Shown here: positions 1-11,558 of the stretch, piece by piece
Numbering within the stretch: the first letter of the stretch is position 1
How the letters are laid out: every line of letters begins with the position of its first letter
Assembly (NCBI GenBank): GCA_045658645.1
Contig: JAZOVJ010000054.1
Span: forward strand, 7,805-71,804
Length of the DNA stretch: 64,000 nt
Direction: 5' to 3'
Source of the DNA: Clostridia bacterium
GTDB taxonomy: Bacteria; Bacillota; Clostridia; UBA1381
Notes under the pieces: generated by a model
The model's input: the letters and a program-made list of their open reading frames with translations, nothing else
Database searches by the model: none
Told to the model about the DNA's origin: nothing
Program-made: the position numbers and the translations under genes

Positions 1-1
1 T

Positions 2-1105
<1,104 letters not shown>

Positions 1106-1147
1106 GAGGGTAGCACATAAATTTGGCGCAGAACGTATGAAAATCAA

Positions 1148-1177
1148 AACCAACATCGAAAGATGTTGGTTTTTTTG
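1148..1177 (+). terminator. Rho-independent terminator after guaB
   Basis: Hairpin AACCAACATC-GAAA-GATGTTGGTT followed by a T-run. Confidence 0.8.
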
Positions 1178-1230
1178 TATTTAACTACAACCAAAATTAT
1201 TCGCCACAAAAATGTGGCGGGGACTGCTCT

Positions 1231-1262
1231 AAAAAAGACTTTGCATCAGCAAAGTCTTTTTT
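1231..1262 (-). terminator. Terminator hairpin after lgt (flanked by A/T runs on both sides, so possibly bidirectional)
   Basis: AAGACTTTGC-ATCA-GCAAAGTCTT with an A-run upstream and a T-run downstream. It lies 5 nt beyond the lgt stop. Confidence 0.75.
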
Positions 1263-1266
1263 ATTT

Positions 1267-2103
1267 TTATTCTTCAATTTCTTTTGGTTCTTCAGCATTC
1301 TTAACAGTTAGAGTCTGTTTTCTTGCTTTTAATCCTAAATAAACCTTGCCGCCTGCTCCGATGATGATACCAATAACAGCGACTACTTGCGAAATACCAA
1401 GCACATTCGGTATTAAATACAAAATATATTCGCTCTGTCGCAAACCTTCCAAGAAAAGTCTTCCCAGGCTATACCAGAAAATATAGAAGCAGAATACCTG
1501 ACCGTCAGCGTGTTTTTTGTGGCGCCGTGACAAAAGCAGGACAAGTCCTATAAAATTCCAGATGCCCTCATACAAGAACAGAGGATGAACGCCGGCACTG
1601 CCGTTTATGGTCATTCTTAAGATGTTGTCAGTTTCACGCCCGAAAACTTCCGCATTAAAGAAGTTTCCCCAACGCCCGATTATCTGCCCTATAAAAAGCC
1701 CCGGGCAACACACGTCAAATACGTTCAGGGTGTTGAGTTTTTTCTTTTTGCAATATATGGTGGTAGACAGAACTGCACCGATTATAGCACCATAAATGGC
1801 AATTCCGCCCTCCCAGATTTTAAATATGTTCCAGAAACTGCCGATTGAGCCCCAGTCAAAAATGCAATAGTAAAGCCTTGCACAGATGATAGAAGAAATA
1901 AGACCCCAGAAACAAATATCGAAAATATGGTCAGGGTCAACGCCTCGCTTTTTGGCAGTAAGGCTTACGAAAATAAATCCAAGCATAAAACCTGTCAGAA
2001 TACATATTGCGTACCAGAAAATCGGTCTTGAAAATGCTGTAAACGCCACACGGTTTACGCTGAAAGAAAGGTTAAGACCGGGAAAAGCAATTGTGTTTAC
2101 CAT
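1267..2103 (-). CDS. lgt: Prolipoprotein diacylglyceryl transferase
   Basis: Polytopic membrane protein with the Lgt signature GRWGNFFNAEVFG and GGIAIYGAIIG. It has a charged C-terminal tail ending in EEPKEIEE. Confidence 0.9.
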   Translation of the reverse strand: MVNTIAFPGLNLSFSVNRVAFTAFSRPIFWYAICILTGFMLGFIFVSLTAKKRGVDPDHIFDICFWGLISSIICARLYYCIFDWGSIGSFWNIFKIWEGGIAIYGAIIGAVLSTTIYCKKKKLNTLNVFDVCCPGLFIGQIIGRWGNFFNAEVFGRETDNILRMTINGSAGVHPLFLYEGIWNFIGLVLLLSRRHKKHADGQVFCFYIFWYSLGRLFLEGLRQSEYILYLIPNVLGISQVVAVIGIIIGAGGKVYLGLKARKQTLTVKNAEEPKEIEE

Positions 2104-2104
2104 A

Positions 2105-4255
2105 CTATGCCTCCTTTATTGAAAGAGAAATCCTCTTTTTCTTAACATCAACATCAAGGATTTTGACCTTTACTATATCTCCTACAGAAAGAACATCAAG
2201 AGGATGCTTTATATATTTATTCGAAATGTGTGAAATATGAACCAATCCGTCCTGATGGACGCCGATGTCAACAAATGCACCAAAGTCAATTACGTTACGG
2301 ACAGTTCCTTTCATAACCATACCAGCTTTCAGGTCCTCGATACTCATAACATCAGACATTAAAATTGGTTGAGGCAATTCTTCTCTCGGGTCACGTCCGC
2401 GCTTTAAAAGTCCGTCCGCAATATCACGAAGAGTGGGAACGCCAACGCCCAAAAGCTCTGCAAGTTTATTTATATCCTGTTTTTTCAGTCTGTCCTTTAA
2501 ATCTGCAATATTTCCGCCTGCAACATCATCAAGGGTGTAGCCGAGTTTTTCTAAAAGACCTTTCGCAGCATCATAGCTTTCAGGGTGAACGGAAGTGTTG
2601 TCAAACACGTTCTTTCCGTCAGTTATGCGAAGAAAACCTGCACACTGTTCAAAGGCTTTCTTGCCCAGTTTTGCTACCTTCAAAAGCTGATTTCTGTCTA
2701 CAAACTTTCCGTTTTCTTCTCGGTATGCGGTGATGTTTTTCGCAACAGTTGAATTAATTCCCGCAACGTATGATAAAAGTGACGGTGATGCGGTGTTCAA
2801 GTCAACACCAACGCTGTTAACGCAGGTCTCAACAACGCCGCCTAAAGCCTCGCCTAAAAGTTTCTGATTCATATCGTGCTGATATTGACCGACACCGATG
2901 GCTTTCGGGTCAATCTTAACAAGCTCTGCAAGTGGGTCCTGCAAACGTCTTGCGATAGATACCGCACTACGTAAGGATACGTCAAATTCAGGAAATTCCT
3001 CTGTCGCAAGTTTTGATGCGGAGTAAACCGATGCGCCTGCCTCGCTTACTACCATATAATAAACTTCCCGGTCAATTTCCTTTATCATTTCTGCAACAAG
3101 CGCTTCAGTTTCCTTTGATGCCGTTCCATTACCGATTGAAACAAGGTTAACGCTGTGTTTATTAATAAGATTTTTAAGTATATTCTTTGCCTTTTCTTTG
3201 TCGTGGACAGGAAGAGTGCAGTAAACAACATTTGTGTCCAAAACTTTTCCCGTATCGTCAACTACGGCAACCTTGCAACCTGTTCTGTAGCCCGGGTCAA
3301 GCCCTAAAACAACCCTTCCCTTAATCGGTGGCTGTAAAAGAAGACCGCTTAAGTTTTTGGAGAACACCTTAATTGCAGCTTCTTCGGCGCGCTCGGTTAA
3401 AAGGTTTCTGATTTCGGTTTCAACTGACGGTGCAATTAAACGCTTGTAGCTGTCCTCTATTGCAAGGGATACTGTATCACGTGAGCCTGATGCCTTATCG
3501 GAAAGCACCTCGCCCTTTATATAGTCGTGAATAATACTCTCTTCAATATCAAGCTTTGCAGACAAAAATCCGTCCTTTTCACCTCGGTTAATGGCAAGAA
3601 CTCTGTGATTTGCAAGTTTTGATAAAGGCTCGGAGAAATCGTAGTACATACTGTAAACGCTGTCCTCTTCCTTTGTCTGTTTGGTTCGCATAACACCGCC
3701 TGATAAGGTGAGCGCACGAATTTTCTTTCGGAACTCTGCGTTGTCTGAAATGGTTTCAGCTATTATATCCATAGCGCCTGCTATGGCGTCCTCAACGGTT
3801 TCAACGCCTTTTTCGGTATCAATAAACGGCTCTGCCAGAACTTCTGCCGGTTCGGTTGACTCCTGTGAAAAGATAAGGTCAGCCAAAGGCTCAAGACCTT
3901 TTTCCTTTGCAATCATTGCACGAGTACGGCGCTTTGGTCTGAACGGCCTGTATATATCGTCAATTTCCGTAACGGTTTTTGCGTTCTCTATGGCAAGGCG
4001 TATTTCGTCAGTAAGATTACCCTGCTCATCAATCAGGCGTGTAACCTCCTCCTTTTTTGCCTCGATGTTGCGAAGAGTTTCCAAACGTCTTGAAAGCTCG
4101 CGCAGAACCTCGTCAGAAAGCTCACCTGTTGCCTCTTTTCTGTAACGTGCAATAAAAGGAATGGTGTTTCCCTCGTCAATAAGTTTCAGGGTGTTCACAA
4201 TCTGGAATTCCCGAAGATTGAATTCCTGCATAAGTATGGTTGCAATTTTGTCCAT
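2105..4255 (-). CDS. tex: Tex-like transcription accessory protein (YqgF/HHH/S1 domains)
   Basis: N-terminal NTIPFIARYRKEATG, a central RuvC/YqgF-like region GLDPGYRTGCK, and a C-terminal S1 domain GMVMKGTVRNVIDFGAFVDIG. The start is set at MDKIATIL because GGAGGA lies 7 nt upstream. The ORF-track start at 4351 has no RBS. Confidence 0.9.
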   Translation of the reverse strand: MDKIATILMQEFNLREFQIVNTLKLIDEGNTIPFIARYRKEATGELSDEVLRELSRRLETLRNIEAKKEEVTRLIDEQGNLTDEIRLAIENAKTVTEIDDIYRPFRPKRRTRAMIAKEKGLEPLADLIFSQESTEPAEVLAEPFIDTEKGVETVEDAIAGAMDIIAETISDNAEFRKKIRALTLSGGVMRTKQTKEEDSVYSMYYDFSEPLSKLANHRVLAINRGEKDGFLSAKLDIEESIIHDYIKGEVLSDKASGSRDTVSLAIEDSYKRLIAPSVETEIRNLLTERAEEAAIKVFSKNLSGLLLQPPIKGRVVLGLDPGYRTGCKVAVVDDTGKVLDTNVVYCTLPVHDKEKAKNILKNLINKHSVNLVSIGNGTASKETEALVAEMIKEIDREVYYMVVSEAGASVYSASKLATEEFPEFDVSLRSAVSIARRLQDPLAELVKIDPKAIGVGQYQHDMNQKLLGEALGGVVETCVNSVGVDLNTASPSLLSYVAGINSTVAKNITAYREENGKFVDRNQLLKVAKLGKKAFEQCAGFLRITDGKNVFDNTSVHPESYDAAKGLLEKLGYTLDDVAGGNIADLKDRLKKQDINKLAELLGVGVPTLRDIADGLLKRGRDPREELPQPILMSDVMSIEDLKAGMVMKGTVRNVIDFGAFVDIGVHQDGLVHISHISNKYIKHPLDVLSVGDIVKVKILDVDVKKKRISLSIKEA

Positions 4256-4409
4256 CAAAATATCCTCCGCCATAAAATAACTACCACTATTATATAACGG
4301 AATACGGGCATTTACAAGCGGAATAAGACATTTATGAAATTTATATAACATAGCGGTAATATTTGTAATATAAACTCAAAAAAAATTTAAAAAAATTTAT
4401 TCAAAACTA

Positions 4410-4438
4410 TTGATATTTGAGAAAATATATTATATAAT
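4410..4438 (+). promoter_or_regulatory. SigmaA-type promoter of the dcw (mraZ) operon
   Basis: TTGATA (4410-4415), a 17-nt spacer, then TATAAT (4433-4438). Confidence 0.7.
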
Positions 4439-4473
4439 GGGAGAGTAATGGAGTGGATTGGAGTGTTTGGGAG
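4438..4473 (+). promoter_or_regulatory. Putative MraZ operator: four TGG(G)AG boxes with ~10-nt periodicity
   Basis: TGGGAG at 4438, TGGAG at 4449, TGGAG at 4459 and TGGGAG at 4468. The boxes start immediately at and downstream of the -10 element and upstream of mraZ. Confidence 0.55.
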
Positions 4474-4524
4474 GAAAAACAACCCAATTCAGTCAAAAAT
4501 TCCCAAAAGAAAGGATGGTGCCGG

Positions 4525-4968
4525 ATGGTTAATTTTGTTGGAAAATATCCAAGACAATTAGATGAACGCGGAAGATTTATATTGCCTGCAAAAATCAGAG
4601 AAAAACTGTCAGGCACAGTCTATATAACACAGTCACCTGTTGATGCGTGTTTAAATCTTTACACAGAGGACGAATGGGAAGCGATTGCACAAAAAGTGAG
4701 GGCACTTCCTACGGTGACTGACAGAAACGCTGCAGCACTCCAGAGAACACTTTTCGGAAATGCCATTTCCTGCGATTTGGACAAGCAGGGAAGAATTCCG
4801 TTAAATCAGGAGCTTATAGCCTTTGCGAATATGAAGAAAGACATAATGCTTGTAGGCGTTAATGCAAAGCTTGAAATCTGGGATTCAGAGGAATGGAACA
4901 AGGCAAGCCAGGCGATTGATGCCGATAGTGTTATTGAAGGTATTGCAAAATACGAAATCAATATATGA
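4525..4968 (+). CDS. mraZ: Transcriptional regulator MraZ
   Basis: Two SpoVT/AbrB-like repeats (DERGRFILPAKIREKL and DKQGRIPLNQELIAF). It is the first gene of the dcw cluster. The start is taken at MVNFVGKY (ATG 4525). Confidence 0.9.
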   Translation: MVNFVGKYPRQLDERGRFILPAKIREKLSGTVYITQSPVDACLNLYTEDEWEAIAQKVRALPTVTDRNAAALQRTLFGNAISCDLDKQGRIPLNQELIAFANMKKDIMLVGVNAKLEIWDSEEWNKASQAIDADSVIEGIAKYEINI

Positions 4969-4977
4969 GGATAAGCT

Positions 4978-5910
4978 ATGGAATTTAAACATTATTCCGT
5001 AATGCTTTCGGAAACAGTAGACGCTCTTAATGTGAAAGACGGCGGCATATATGCTGACGGAACCCTTGGCGGTGGCGGGCATTCACACGAGATATTATCC
5101 CGTGCGGAGAATATACGTCTTATAGGTATAGACCAGGACTTGGATGCTCACAAAGCGGCAAAGCAAAGACTTTCAAAGTTTGGCGACAAGGTTACATACG
5201 TAAACGATAATTTCAAGAACGTAGCGAAGGTTCTTGACGAGCTTGGAATTGACGAAATAGACGGTATGGTTTTAGACCTTGGGGTTTCTTCGTATCAGCT
5301 TGATAATGAGGAACGTGGGTTTTCATATATGAAATCAGCACCGCTTGATATGAGAATGAACCAGAATAATAACTTTTCTGCGTATGACGTGGTAAACGGA
5401 TATACAGAGGACCAGCTTACCGAAATCTTCTACCGTTACGGCGAGGAGAACTGGTCAAGAAGAGTTGCAAAGTTTATTTGCGAAAAGAGAGCGGAAGCAC
5501 CTATTGAAACAACAGGCGAGCTTTCTGAAATAATAAAAGCGGCAATACCGAAAAATGCAAGAAAGGATGAGCTTCATCCCGAAAAACGTATTTTTCAGGC
5601 AATAAGAATAGAAGTAAACGGCGAGCTTGAAATTTTAAAAGGTGCCGTTTGTGACATAGTAAAACGACTCAAAAAAGGCGGCAGACTTGCCGTAATAACC
5701 TTCCACTCGCTGGAGGACAGAATAATAAAGCAGGTATTTCAGGAGCTTGCAAAAGGTTGTACCTGCCCGCCGGAGTTTCCTGTATGTGTATGCGGAAAGA
5801 AACCGGAAATTAAAGTGATAACAAGAAAACCAATACTGCCCACCAAAGAGGAACTTGAAGAAAATTCAAGGTCAAAGAGTGCAAAGTTAAGGGTGGCAGA
5901 AAAACTATAA
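4978..5910 (+). CDS. rsmH: 16S rRNA (cytosine1402-N4)-methyltransferase
   Basis: [13 protein letters not shown] motif, [11 protein letters not shown], and [10 protein letters not shown]. Confidence 0.95.
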   Translation: MEFKHYSVMLSETVDALNVKDGGIYADGTLGGGGHSHEILSRAENIRLIGIDQDLDAHKAAKQRLSKFGDKVTYVNDNFKNVAKVLDELGIDEIDGMVLDLGVSSYQLDNEERGFSYMKSAPLDMRMNQNNNFSAYDVVNGYTEDQLTEIFYRYGEENWSRRVAKFICEKRAEAPIETTGELSEIIKAAIPKNARKDELHPEKRIFQAIRIEVNGELEILKGAVCDIVKRLKKGGRLAVITFHSLEDRIIKQVFQELAKGCTCPPEFPVCVCGKKPEIKVITRKPILPTKEELEENSRSKSAKLRVAEKL

Positions 5911-5917
5911 CGAAAGG

Positions 5918-6391
5918 ATGTTTGGCTCGATGGGATACAATGGAAATCTTGCATACGACTGGGAGTTTTATGAAAACACAGCCAGAGTGCAGAGAAAAGT
6001 TGAAGAACACAGACAGCAAAACAAAACTAAAGCAAAAGCGAAAGAAGCTAAATTACATAAAACAGTAAGTATTTGTGCTATAATGCTTGCACTTTGTGCC
6101 GGATTTATGATTTCAAGGAATGTGGCAGTATACGAAAGCAGAAATGACGTTGCAGCACTTCAAAAGGAGCTTAATCAGCTGAAGGAATATTCAAGCCAGA
6201 AGGCTTTTGAGCTTGACCAGAGTCTTGACCTTGAACTTATTGAAGAAACCGCAAAAAAGAAGCTTGGAATGGCACGACCTGAAAAGTATCAGATTGTTTA
6301 TGTAAATATCAAGCAGGACGATGTTACAGAGGTAACAGCAAACGAAGTGGAAGGAATAAAGGGAGCACTTAGCATATTCGGGGAAGAATAA
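5918..6391 (+). CDS. ftsL: FtsL-like cell division protein (single transmembrane segment plus coiled coil)
   Basis: It occupies the positional equivalent between rsmH and the class B PBP. It has one TM segment (VSICAIMLALCAGFMI) followed by a coiled coil. The start is uncertain (5918 or ATG 5930). Confidence 0.65.
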   Translation: MFGSMGYNGNLAYDWEFYENTARVQRKVEEHRQQNKTKAKAKEAKLHKTVSICAIMLALCAGFMISRNVAVYESRNDVAALQKELNQLKEYSSQKAFELDQSLDLELIEETAKKKLGMARPEKYQIVYVNIKQDDVTEVTANEVEGIKGALSIFGEE

Positions 6392-6436
6392 TAATAGAGT
6401 ATATTTAGATATATGTATGGATAGGAATGGTACAGA

Positions 6437-8665
6437 ATGACTTTAGGCAAAATGAAGAGAAGGTCTCTTGTATTGTTTGCGCTGATGGCAGTAGTCCTCG
6501 GCGCACTTATATTTAGAATAGGTTATTGGCAGATAGTTCGCGGAAACGAGATGAAGGAAGCAGTTCTTCGCCAACAGACCAGCGAAGCGGCTATACACGC
6601 AAGCCGAGGTACAATCTATGACCGAAATCAGAAGGTGCTTGCGGAAAGTGCTACAGTTAACACGGTTGTTTGTAACCCGCAACAAATCAAAAAAGACAGA
6701 AGCGAGCTTATAGTCGCATCACACCTTGCCGAAATTCTTGGCATGGACAAGGAAGAAATTTTAGAGAAGTTAACAAAGAACAATCAGTTCCAGTATATAA
6801 AAAAGAGAGTAACCGTTGAAGAGGCGGACGCAATAAAGAAACTTAAGGATAGCTCAGTCGACAAGGAAATGGCTAAGCTTTTTTCTGGTATTTATTTTGA
6901 GGAGGACTCAAAGAGATACTATCAATACAATATCGCATCGCATATCATTGGTTTTACAGGATATGATAATAACGGAATGCAGGGTATTGAGAGAACCTTT
7001 GACGATTATCTGATGGGAAGAGCAGGAAGCGTGCTTTCTGCAAGAACAGCATCGGGTCTTTCCTCCGAATATCAATACGAAGAGGCGTATGATGCACAAA
7101 AGGGTGACGATGTAGTTCTTACAATAGATGAAACAATTCAGTCAATCTTAGAGAAATATTTAGAGCAGGCGTGTGTGGAAAACCAGTTAAAAGAGGGTGC
7201 CTGCGGAATTGTTATGAATCCGCAGACAGGCGAAATTTTGGCAATGGCAACAAAGCCGGACTTTGACCTTAACAAGCCGACAGACCTGACACGATTTAAA
7301 AAGTATGCAATACAGATGGATACCGCCTTTGCAAATGCCGAGTCAGAAGATGACGAGGTGGCAAATGAGGCTATTGCGTCAATAAGAAACAAGATGTGGA
7401 GAAATAAGGCACTTTCAGACACATATGAGCCGGGTTCCACATTTAAGATTTTGACTGCCGCTATGGCACTGGAAGAGGGAGCGGCAAGCTTAAGTACGCA
7501 GTTCTTCTGCTCCGGGTCTAAACAGGTTGCGGACAGAACTATCAGATGCCATAAAACTGCAGGTCATGGTGCAGAGGATTTTGCAAGAGGCGTAATCAAT
7601 TCCTGCAACGTTGTGTTTATGGATTTGGGAGAAAGGCTCGGAAGTTCGAAGTTCCAGGAATACTTTAAGGCATTTGGTCTTACACAAAAAACAGGTATAG
7701 AGCTTATCGGTGAGTCGGGCAGTGTTTACTATCACGGAAAAATGTCCGAAACAGATATTGCAACAAGTTCATTCGGTCAGGGATTTTCTGTTACACCGAT
7801 GCAGATGATTACGGCTATTTCTTCCGTTATAAACGGCGGAAATCTTATGAAACCGCAGATTGTAAAGGAAATCAGAAATCGTGGCGGAATTGTAAAAAGC
7901 TTTTATCCTGAGGTTGTAAACCGTGTAATTTCAGCAGAAACTTCAGCAACCATGCGAAGCATTTTGGAAAGCGTTGTAAATGACCCTAAGGGTACAGGTA
8001 AGAATGCATATATTAAGGGATACCGCATCGGCGGAAAAACAGGAACATCAGAAAAAGGACGTAACAATAACAAGCGTATTGCATCGTTCGTAGGTTTTGC
8101 TCCTGCTGATGACCCGCAGCTTATCTGCCTTGTAATGTTCGATGAACCGCAGGTTGCAAACAAGTACGGCGGAACTATTGCAGCACCGGTAGCAGGGGCA
8201 ATATTGGAAGAAGCACTTGAATATATGGGCGTTGAAAGACAGTACACAGAGGAAGAGGCGATGTCTGTTTCCGTGGCGGTCCCTGACCTTCGTGAACAGT
8301 CGGTAACTGTTGCAAAGGAAAGTATAGATGCAAAACGCCTTAACATAAAGGTTGTGGGAAATGGTGATACAGTTGTTGACCAGCTCCCTAAGCCGGGTAT
8401 GACCATAGGCGAAAACTCAACCATAATTATATATACAGAAGCTCGTGACGAAAACAAAAAGGTATCAGTACCTGACGTTACAGGACTGACCGTTGCACAG
8501 GCGAAGAAACGTCTTGAGGATTCAGGACTCAACTTCGAGGTTGCAGGTGCGGGACTTACAGGAACGGACGGAGCTTTTGCATTTAAGCAGAGTATAGCAC
8601 CGGGAACGCAGGTTGAACCGGCGACAGTAGTAAGCGTTGAGTTCAGACACGCATCATCAGACTAA
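6437..8665 (+). CDS. Class B penicillin-binding protein (FtsI/PBP2B/SpoVD-like) with two C-terminal PASTA domains
   Basis: N-terminal TM segment, and transpeptidase motifs STFK (GSTFKILT), SCN and KTGT (GGKTGTSE). There are two PASTA-like repeats, VPDLREQSV... and VPDVTGLTVAQAKKRLEDSGL. Confidence 0.9.
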   Translation: MTLGKMKRRSLVLFALMAVVLGALIFRIGYWQIVRGNEMKEAVLRQQTSEAAIHASRGTIYDRNQKVLAESATVNTVVCNPQQIKKDRSELIVASHLAEILGMDKEEILEKLTKNNQFQYIKKRVTVEEADAIKKLKDSSVDKEMAKLFSGIYFEEDSKRYYQYNIASHIIGFTGYDNNGMQGIERTFDDYLMGRAGSVLSARTASGLSSEYQYEEAYDAQKGDDVVLTIDETIQSILEKYLEQACVENQLKEGACGIVMNPQTGEILAMATKPDFDLNKPTDLTRFKKYAIQMDTAFANAESEDDEVANEAIASIRNKMWRNKALSDTYEPGSTFKILTAAMALEEGAASLSTQFFCSGSKQVADRTIRCHKTAGHGAEDFARGVINSCNVVFMDLGERLGSSKFQEYFKAFGLTQKTGIELIGESGSVYYHGKMSETDIATSSFGQGFSVTPMQMITAISSVINGGNLMKPQIVKEIRNRGGIVKSFYPEVVNRVISAETSATMRSILESVVNDPKGTGKNAYIKGYRIGGKTGTSEKGRNNNKRIASFVGFAPADDPQLICLVMFDEPQVANKYGGTIAAPVAGAILEEALEYMGVERQYTEEEAMSVSVAVPDLREQSVTVAKESIDAKRLNIKVVGNGDTVVDQLPKPGMTIGENSTIIIYTEARDENKKVSVPDVTGLTVAQAKKRLEDSGLNFEVAGAGLTGTDGAFAFKQSIAPGTQVEPATVVSVEFRHASSD

Positions 8666-8761
8666 TAATAGAAAAAACAGGGCGAACCTTTGTTCGCCCG
8701 GCTTTGCTTTAATGAAATAATGCGAAAATGGGGTTTTTTAGACGAATTAAAGGATTTTGTT

Positions 8762-10183
8762 ATGTTAGCAAGTAAAATTTTTGAAGAAAAGTGGATATGG
8801 CAGGATGTGGAAGCCTACGACATTACCATTGACTCACGAAGCGTGGAAAATGGCAGTGTATTTGTGTGTATCCGAGGCGCGAATGTTGACGGTCACGATT
8901 ATGCAAAAATGGCAGAGGAAAAGGGAGCAGTTTGCGTTGTGGCAGAAGAGGAACTTTCTCTTAACATTCCGTGCATAGTATATCCCGACACAAAAATCGC
9001 ACTTTCCCAAATTGCATCAAAATTCTACGAAAGTCCTGAGGAAAAGCTTCATCTGGTAGGAATAACCGGAACAAACGGCAAGACCTCGGTAAGCTATTTT
9101 ATAAAGAAAATTCTTGAAACACAGGGGAAAAAAGTCGGAATTATCGGCACTAATGAAATTCTGGTGGGAGATAGGGAGGTTGGAATAAAATCTTCGACAC
9201 CTACAACACCAAATTCACTGGAGCTTAGAAAAATATTTGCTAAAATGGTAGAAATGGGTGCAGAGTATGTTGTTATGGAGGTTTCATCACACGCTCTGGA
9301 TTTGCATAGAGTTTACGGACTCACCTATGATGTGGGCGTTTTTACAAACCTGACCCGTGACCATCTTGACTATCATAAAACTATGGAAAACTATTTCCTT
9401 GCAAAGAAAAAACTGTTTTCTATTTCAAAGGTTGGAGTTGTAAATTGCGATGACGAATACGGAAACAGAATTTTATGTGAGGATAAAAACAATAAAATAA
9501 GTGTTGGCATAAAGGATGCCGACCTTTTGGCAAAGGACATCGAAATTGACGAAAAAGGCGTTAAATTTAACGTATTGTATAAAGGAAACGAGTATCCTGT
9601 AGAGCTTCCTGTATCGGGTATGTTCAGCGTGTATAACGGGCTTTGTGCATTCGGCGGTGCTTTGGCGCTTGGGATTGAGCCTTGTGATATAGCAAGCGGA
9701 CTTTCAAAAACAGGCGGGGTTTTGGGAAGACTTGAACGAGTTGACACAAACACCGATTTTTCGGTAATAATAGATTACGCTCACACGCCTGACGGACTGG
9801 AAAACGTTCTTTCTGCAGTAAATTCCTTTAAAAAGGGAAGATGCATAGCAGTTTTTGGCTGTGGCGGTGACAGAGATGCAACAAAACGCCCGATTATGGG
9901 TGAAATCGGCACAAGAATGGCAGACGTTGCCATAATAACATCGGATAATCCAAGATGTGAAGACCCGATTAAGATAATAGAAGACATAGTTCTCGGTGCT
10001 GTAGACGGAAAATATACCGTTGTTGAAAACAGAAGAGAAGCTATAAAATATGCCTTATCACTTGCAAAAAAAGACGATATAGTCCTGCTTTTAGGTAAAG
10101 GTCAGGAAACCTATCAGATAATAGGCAAGGAAAAGATACACTTTGATGAAAGGGAAATAGTAAAAGAAATTTTGGGAGAATAG
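8762..10183 (+). CDS. murE: UDP-MurNAc-L-Ala-D-Glu:meso-DAP ligase
   Basis: GITGTNGKTS P-loop, a DNPR motif (SDNPRCEDP), and HTPDGLENVL. The start is taken at MLASKIFEE (8762). Confidence 0.9.
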   Translation: MLASKIFEEKWIWQDVEAYDITIDSRSVENGSVFVCIRGANVDGHDYAKMAEEKGAVCVVAEEELSLNIPCIVYPDTKIALSQIASKFYESPEEKLHLVGITGTNGKTSVSYFIKKILETQGKKVGIIGTNEILVGDREVGIKSSTPTTPNSLELRKIFAKMVEMGAEYVVMEVSSHALDLHRVYGLTYDVGVFTNLTRDHLDYHKTMENYFLAKKKLFSISKVGVVNCDDEYGNRILCEDKNNKISVGIKDADLLAKDIEIDEKGVKFNVLYKGNEYPVELPVSGMFSVYNGLCAFGGALALGIEPCDIASGLSKTGGVLGRLERVDTNTDFSVIIDYAHTPDGLENVLSAVNSFKKGRCIAVFGCGGDRDATKRPIMGEIGTRMADVAIITSDNPRCEDPIKIIEDIVLGAVDGKYTVVENRREAIKYALSLAKKDDIVLLLGKGQETYQIIGKEKIHFDEREIVKEILGE

Positions 10184-10189
10184 AACAGA

Positions 10190-11545
10190 ATGCAGAGATT
10201 AAATGTTAAAGATGTTTTAGCCGCAACGGGAGGAACTCTTGTTTGCGGAACGGAGGATTTTGAAATCTCCGAAATTGTAACAGATTCAAGAAAGGCAGGC
10301 GCAAATATGTTGTTTGTGCCTATTGTCGGTGACAACAATGACGGGCACGACTTTATCGGCAGTGCCTTTGAAAATGGTGCGGAAACGGTGGTAACACACC
10401 GTGACATCCCTGCTATGGCAGGCAAAAACATTATACGCGTAAGAGATACTCGCATTGCATTCGGCGATATTGCACGCTATTATAAGGAAAAGTATAATCT
10501 CCCGACCGTTGCAATTACGGGAAGTGTTGGAAAAACCACAACAAAGGATATGATTTCGGCAGTTCTTGCCATGAAATATAACACCTTAAAAACACAGGGT
10601 AATTTCAACAATGATATAGGACTTCCAATAACAGTTTTCCGTCTTGAGAAAAAGCACGAAGCGGCAGTTTTGGAAATAGGTATGTCCCATATGGGTGAAA
10701 TCAGATACCTTGCATCAATAGCCAAGCCGGACGTTGCGGTTATAACCAATATCGGTATGTCCCATATTGAAAATCTTGGTTCACAGGAAAATATATATTA
10801 TTCAAAACTGCAGATTTGCGACTTTATGGATAAGGATAAGCTTTTAGTTGTAAACGGTGATGATAAATTCTTAACACGTCATTTTGACAGATGCCGTGTA
10901 GTAACCTGCGGTATTGAGAACAAAAACTGCGATTTGGTGGCAGAGAACATAAAAAATCTTGGCATTGACGGAACAAAATTCACGGTCAGTGTGGACGGAG
11001 AAAACCACGAAGTATACGTGAAAATTCCGGGCGTTCATAACGTGTATAATGCGCTTATTGCAATTGCAGTGGGTCGCAACTACAATATCCCGATGAAAGA
11101 CATAATTGAAGGTATTCGTGGATTTGTGCTTACAAGTATGCGAATGGAAATCAGGGATTATAACGGCGTAACAGTTATAAATGACTGCTATAATGCATCT
11201 CCTGACTCAATGCGTGCAGCACTTTCAGTGCTTCATGATATGAAAGCAAAACGCAGGATTGCGGTTTTGGGCGATGTTCTCGAAATGGGAACCTTTGCAG
11301 AAAAAGCACTCTATGAAGTCGGACTTTCAATAGAGGATATGGATATGCTTGTAACTGTTGGGGATAACTCAAGATTTATTGCCCGTGGCGCAAGCTTTGC
11401 AGGTATTAAAAATACAAAGAGCTTTAAAACAAACAGGGAAGCTATTGACTGTCTAAAGGAATATTTAAAGCCGGGTGATGCGGTTTTGGTAAAGGCATCA
11501 CGCGGGATGAGGTTTGAACAGATAGTGGATGCACTGAAGAAATAA
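10190..11545 (+). CDS. murF: UDP-MurNAc-tripeptide:D-Ala-D-Ala ligase
   Basis: ITGSVGKTTTKDM P-loop, the Mur ligase central and C-terminal domains, and its position after murE. Confidence 0.9.
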   Translation: MQRLNVKDVLAATGGTLVCGTEDFEISEIVTDSRKAGANMLFVPIVGDNNDGHDFIGSAFENGAETVVTHRDIPAMAGKNIIRVRDTRIAFGDIARYYKEKYNLPTVAITGSVGKTTTKDMISAVLAMKYNTLKTQGNFNNDIGLPITVFRLEKKHEAAVLEIGMSHMGEIRYLASIAKPDVAVITNIGMSHIENLGSQENIYYSKLQICDFMDKDKLLVVNGDDKFLTRHFDRCRVVTCGIENKNCDLVAENIKNLGIDGTKFTVSVDGENHEVYVKIPGVHNVYNALIAIAVGRNYNIPMKDIIEGIRGFVLTSMRMEIRDYNGVTVINDCYNASPDSMRAALSVLHDMKAKRRIAVLGDVLEMGTFAEKALYEVGLSIEDMDMLVTVGDNSRFIARGASFAGIKNTKSFKTNREAIDCLKEYLKPGDAVLVKASRGMRFEQIVDALKK

Positions 11546-11558
11546 AGGAGAACTTTAT

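Noticed and set aside
7903-8532. Long antisense or shadow ORFs. This one is 209 aa; others are 62391-63092 (233 aa), 25072-25563 (163 aa), 44407-44913 (168 aa), 3681-4145 (154 aa), 29429-29866 (145 aa) and 52196-52582 (128 aa).
   Set aside because: Each lies entirely opposite or out of frame within a confidently identified conserved gene. They have low-complexity or Ser/Pro/Arg-rich translations and no RBS. They are typical shadow ORFs.
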